Shown piece by piece: positions 62,220 to 64,000 of a stretch of 64,000 bases of DNA. A program made the translations under genes and the position numbers. This DNA comes from Coleofasciculus chthonoplastes F2-STO-03 (GTDB lineage Bacteria > Cyanobacteriota > Cyanobacteriia > Cyanobacteriales > Coleofasciculaceae). The DNA is taken from positions 26,751 to 90,750 of the forward strand of contig JAVJWO010000179.1 of assembly GCA_040222015.1 (NCBI GenBank), read 5' to 3'. Numbering within the stretch: the first letter of the stretch is position 1; every line of letters begins with the position of its first letter. A model generated the notes under the pieces. That model made no database searches. It was not told the origin of the DNA and saw only the letters and a program-made list of their open reading frames with translations.

Positions 62220-63650
62220 ATGTCAAACTCGGCTTTGCCTCAAGATGATTCAATGCATCTCACCGATTCAAGCACAAGCAAAACAGGCAATAAAACAACT
62301 AAAAAATTTTTAATTGGCACCCTTGCCGTATGTATTGGTGTCATTGGTTTAGGAGGAGCTGGACTGGCGTATCGACAAACCACACGATATAAAGTCAGCG
62401 ATGCAATGGAGGTTAATCTCAAGGAATTAACCAATACTCAATATCCCGCCAATACCTCAGGTTTAAGTCAAAAATTCCGCCGCTATAACGATCGCACTTT
62501 AACCGTGGTTAAACGGGATGACACCCATGTCGATTTTGTCCTAGAACCGAATAACGATCACACCGCTAAAATCGTTATTAAAAATATTGACTTAGAACTT
62601 TTAACCCCGAAAGTCCCTGAATGGACTAAAAACGATGAAGGCTTAGAAGTCATTGCCTTTACTGACCGCGAATGGAACCGTCAACAGGTCAGTTTTCCGG
62701 CGGACTCCGAGCATATTGAAATTAGTGGCGGCGATGGATTTGAAAAAGAAAACCTCTACCAAGTCGCCTTAGCCAATAACTGTATCAATGGTGGATTGTG
62801 GGAAGTGATTCTCACCACCCAAGAAGATGGCAATAAAGCCATGTACTACCAAGGATGGTTCGACTTTCCCTTGGGAATTTACAAGCAAGTCTTTGAAAAA
62901 ATCAACAATATATCCTATTGGAAATACTGGCGACGCATGGAACATTGGCAAGATCCCAGTGGCACCGTGGTCAAAACTGACTTGCTGCGAGATGTCATCG
63001 ATGAACAAGAGGTTCAAGCCGATTTCCCGCTGGATGAAAAAATAATTGTCTCCGGTGAGCAAGTCCGCAAAGTCCGCACCGTTCTCGCCAATAACTTGCA
63101 AACTTGGGGCGATTTCTATAGCGGTGAACATGAGATTCAATTTGGCTCCTTTGTTCCCCCTGGATACTATAATACGGATAAACCTTGGGGAAATGAATTC
63201 TGGCGCATTGGTCAATTTGACAAAGCCGTTCTCCGGAATATTGACCCTGTAGGTGTTGATGAAACATTACAGGAACTGGAGTTGACATTCACGGATACGA
63301 AAACTAATGAACAGAACAAGTTGTTTATTAGTGGTGTCAATATCAAAGACCTACCGCAGTTACCTGTAGAAAACTACAACAACGGGTTATATATGCCCCT
63401 AGGGATTGGTATTCCTCCGTTCTATCAAGACTACGAAGAACTGAAAGCCAACCATCCCGATAAGAGTCCTTATTTCAGCGTATTACTGGATTCTAAGGGC
63501 GGGTGGATTGACCATCACAAAGTTGCCCTAGATGGCGTGGTTATGCACCTTGATGAGGATAACCCAGAACTGTTGCATCTGTACTTCTTATCCTACGAAC
63601 GGATGACCCTAATTGCCCACTTCAAAATTGATGTGAAATCCCTCAATTAG
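62220..63650 (+). CDS. Hypothetical membrane-anchored/exported protein
   Basis: 476-aa ORF with a single N-terminal hydrophobic segment; no family recognised. Confidence 0.75.
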   Translation: MSNSALPQDDSMHLTDSSTSKTGNKTTKKFLIGTLAVCIGVIGLGGAGLAYRQTTRYKVSDAMEVNLKELTNTQYPANTSGLSQKFRRYNDRTLTVVKRDDTHVDFVLEPNNDHTAKIVIKNIDLELLTPKVPEWTKNDEGLEVIAFTDREWNRQQVSFPADSEHIEISGGDGFEKENLYQVALANNCINGGLWEVILTTQEDGNKAMYYQGWFDFPLGIYKQVFEKINNISYWKYWRRMEHWQDPSGTVVKTDLLRDVIDEQEVQADFPLDEKIIVSGEQVRKVRTVLANNLQTWGDFYSGEHEIQFGSFVPPGYYNTDKPWGNEFWRIGQFDKAVLRNIDPVGVDETLQELELTFTDTKTNEQNKLFISGVNIKDLPQLPVENYNNGLYMPLGIGIPPFYQDYEELKANHPDKSPYFSVLLDSKGGWIDHHKVALDGVVMHLDEDNPELLHLYFLSYERMTLIAHFKIDVKSLN

Positions 63651-63740
63651 TCCATCGTCGTAACTCACCAATAAATAAGATACCCGATTTCTCTCAGAAG
63701 TCGGGTATCTGAAACTGTCATATCCAGCACAAACGCCACA

Positions 63741-63839
63741 TATAGCAATCCTATTTAGGGGCTGCTGAATAAAATGAAACCCTTGCTATACCTTAGTTTC
63801 AAGCTTTTTGATTGTTGCATCCTATTTAGGATTGCTATA
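63741..63839. mobile_element. MITE with TATAGCAATCCTA TIRs (IS630-like ends)
   Basis: TATAGCAATCCTA ... TAGGATTGCTATA, 13-bp perfect inverted ends with TA termini. Confidence 0.6.
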
Positions 63840-64000
63840 TAGTAGGGGCACGGCAGTGCCCACCCGTGTCAACTTAAGGTAGAAAATCAATGCTGGCAAG
63901 GTTTTAAGCTGTGTCTATTTACTCCTCGACATTTCCCCCTCATCCCCTAACCCCAACTCCGGACCCCCCTCGTTCCCCCCTACCCCCCTCGTTCCCCCCT

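Overview
Chromosomal window from a repeat-rich cyanobacterium: psaC and chlI are present, the HIP1 octamer GCGATCGC is frequent, and heptamer STRRs are abundant. A filamentous Coleofasciculus/Microcoleus-like host is my inference. Housekeeping genes (murE, tRNA-Arg(TCT), chlI, mlaF/mlaD-like pair, psaC, glmS, futA-like, dprA) alternate with signalling genes (four histidine kinases and an MCP-CheA-CheB-CheR-CheW cluster) and accessory loci. The main accessory loci are: (i) a NACHT-pentapeptide-WD40 gene split by one in-frame TAA; (ii) a non-autonomous IS200/IS605 IsrB element with a putative omegaRNA between psaC and glmS, frameshifted by tiny palindromic insertions; (iii) a NACHT-HEAT-type gene that appears to lack its NTPase; and (iv) a translationally coupled type I R-M operon with three extra putative nucleases. 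Those are a VapBC pair followed by a duplicated hsdM-tail mini-ORF, an RxxxxH (HEPN-like) orphan between hsdS and hsdR, and a DUF559-like endonuclease inserted in frame in hsdR between two 94-bp palindromic direct repeats whose relatives occur elsewhere in the window. Intergenic DNA is dense with REPs, MITEs and gene fragments that end at repeats. No CRISPR array or rRNA gene was seen. All product calls come from reading motifs by eye; no database searches were run.
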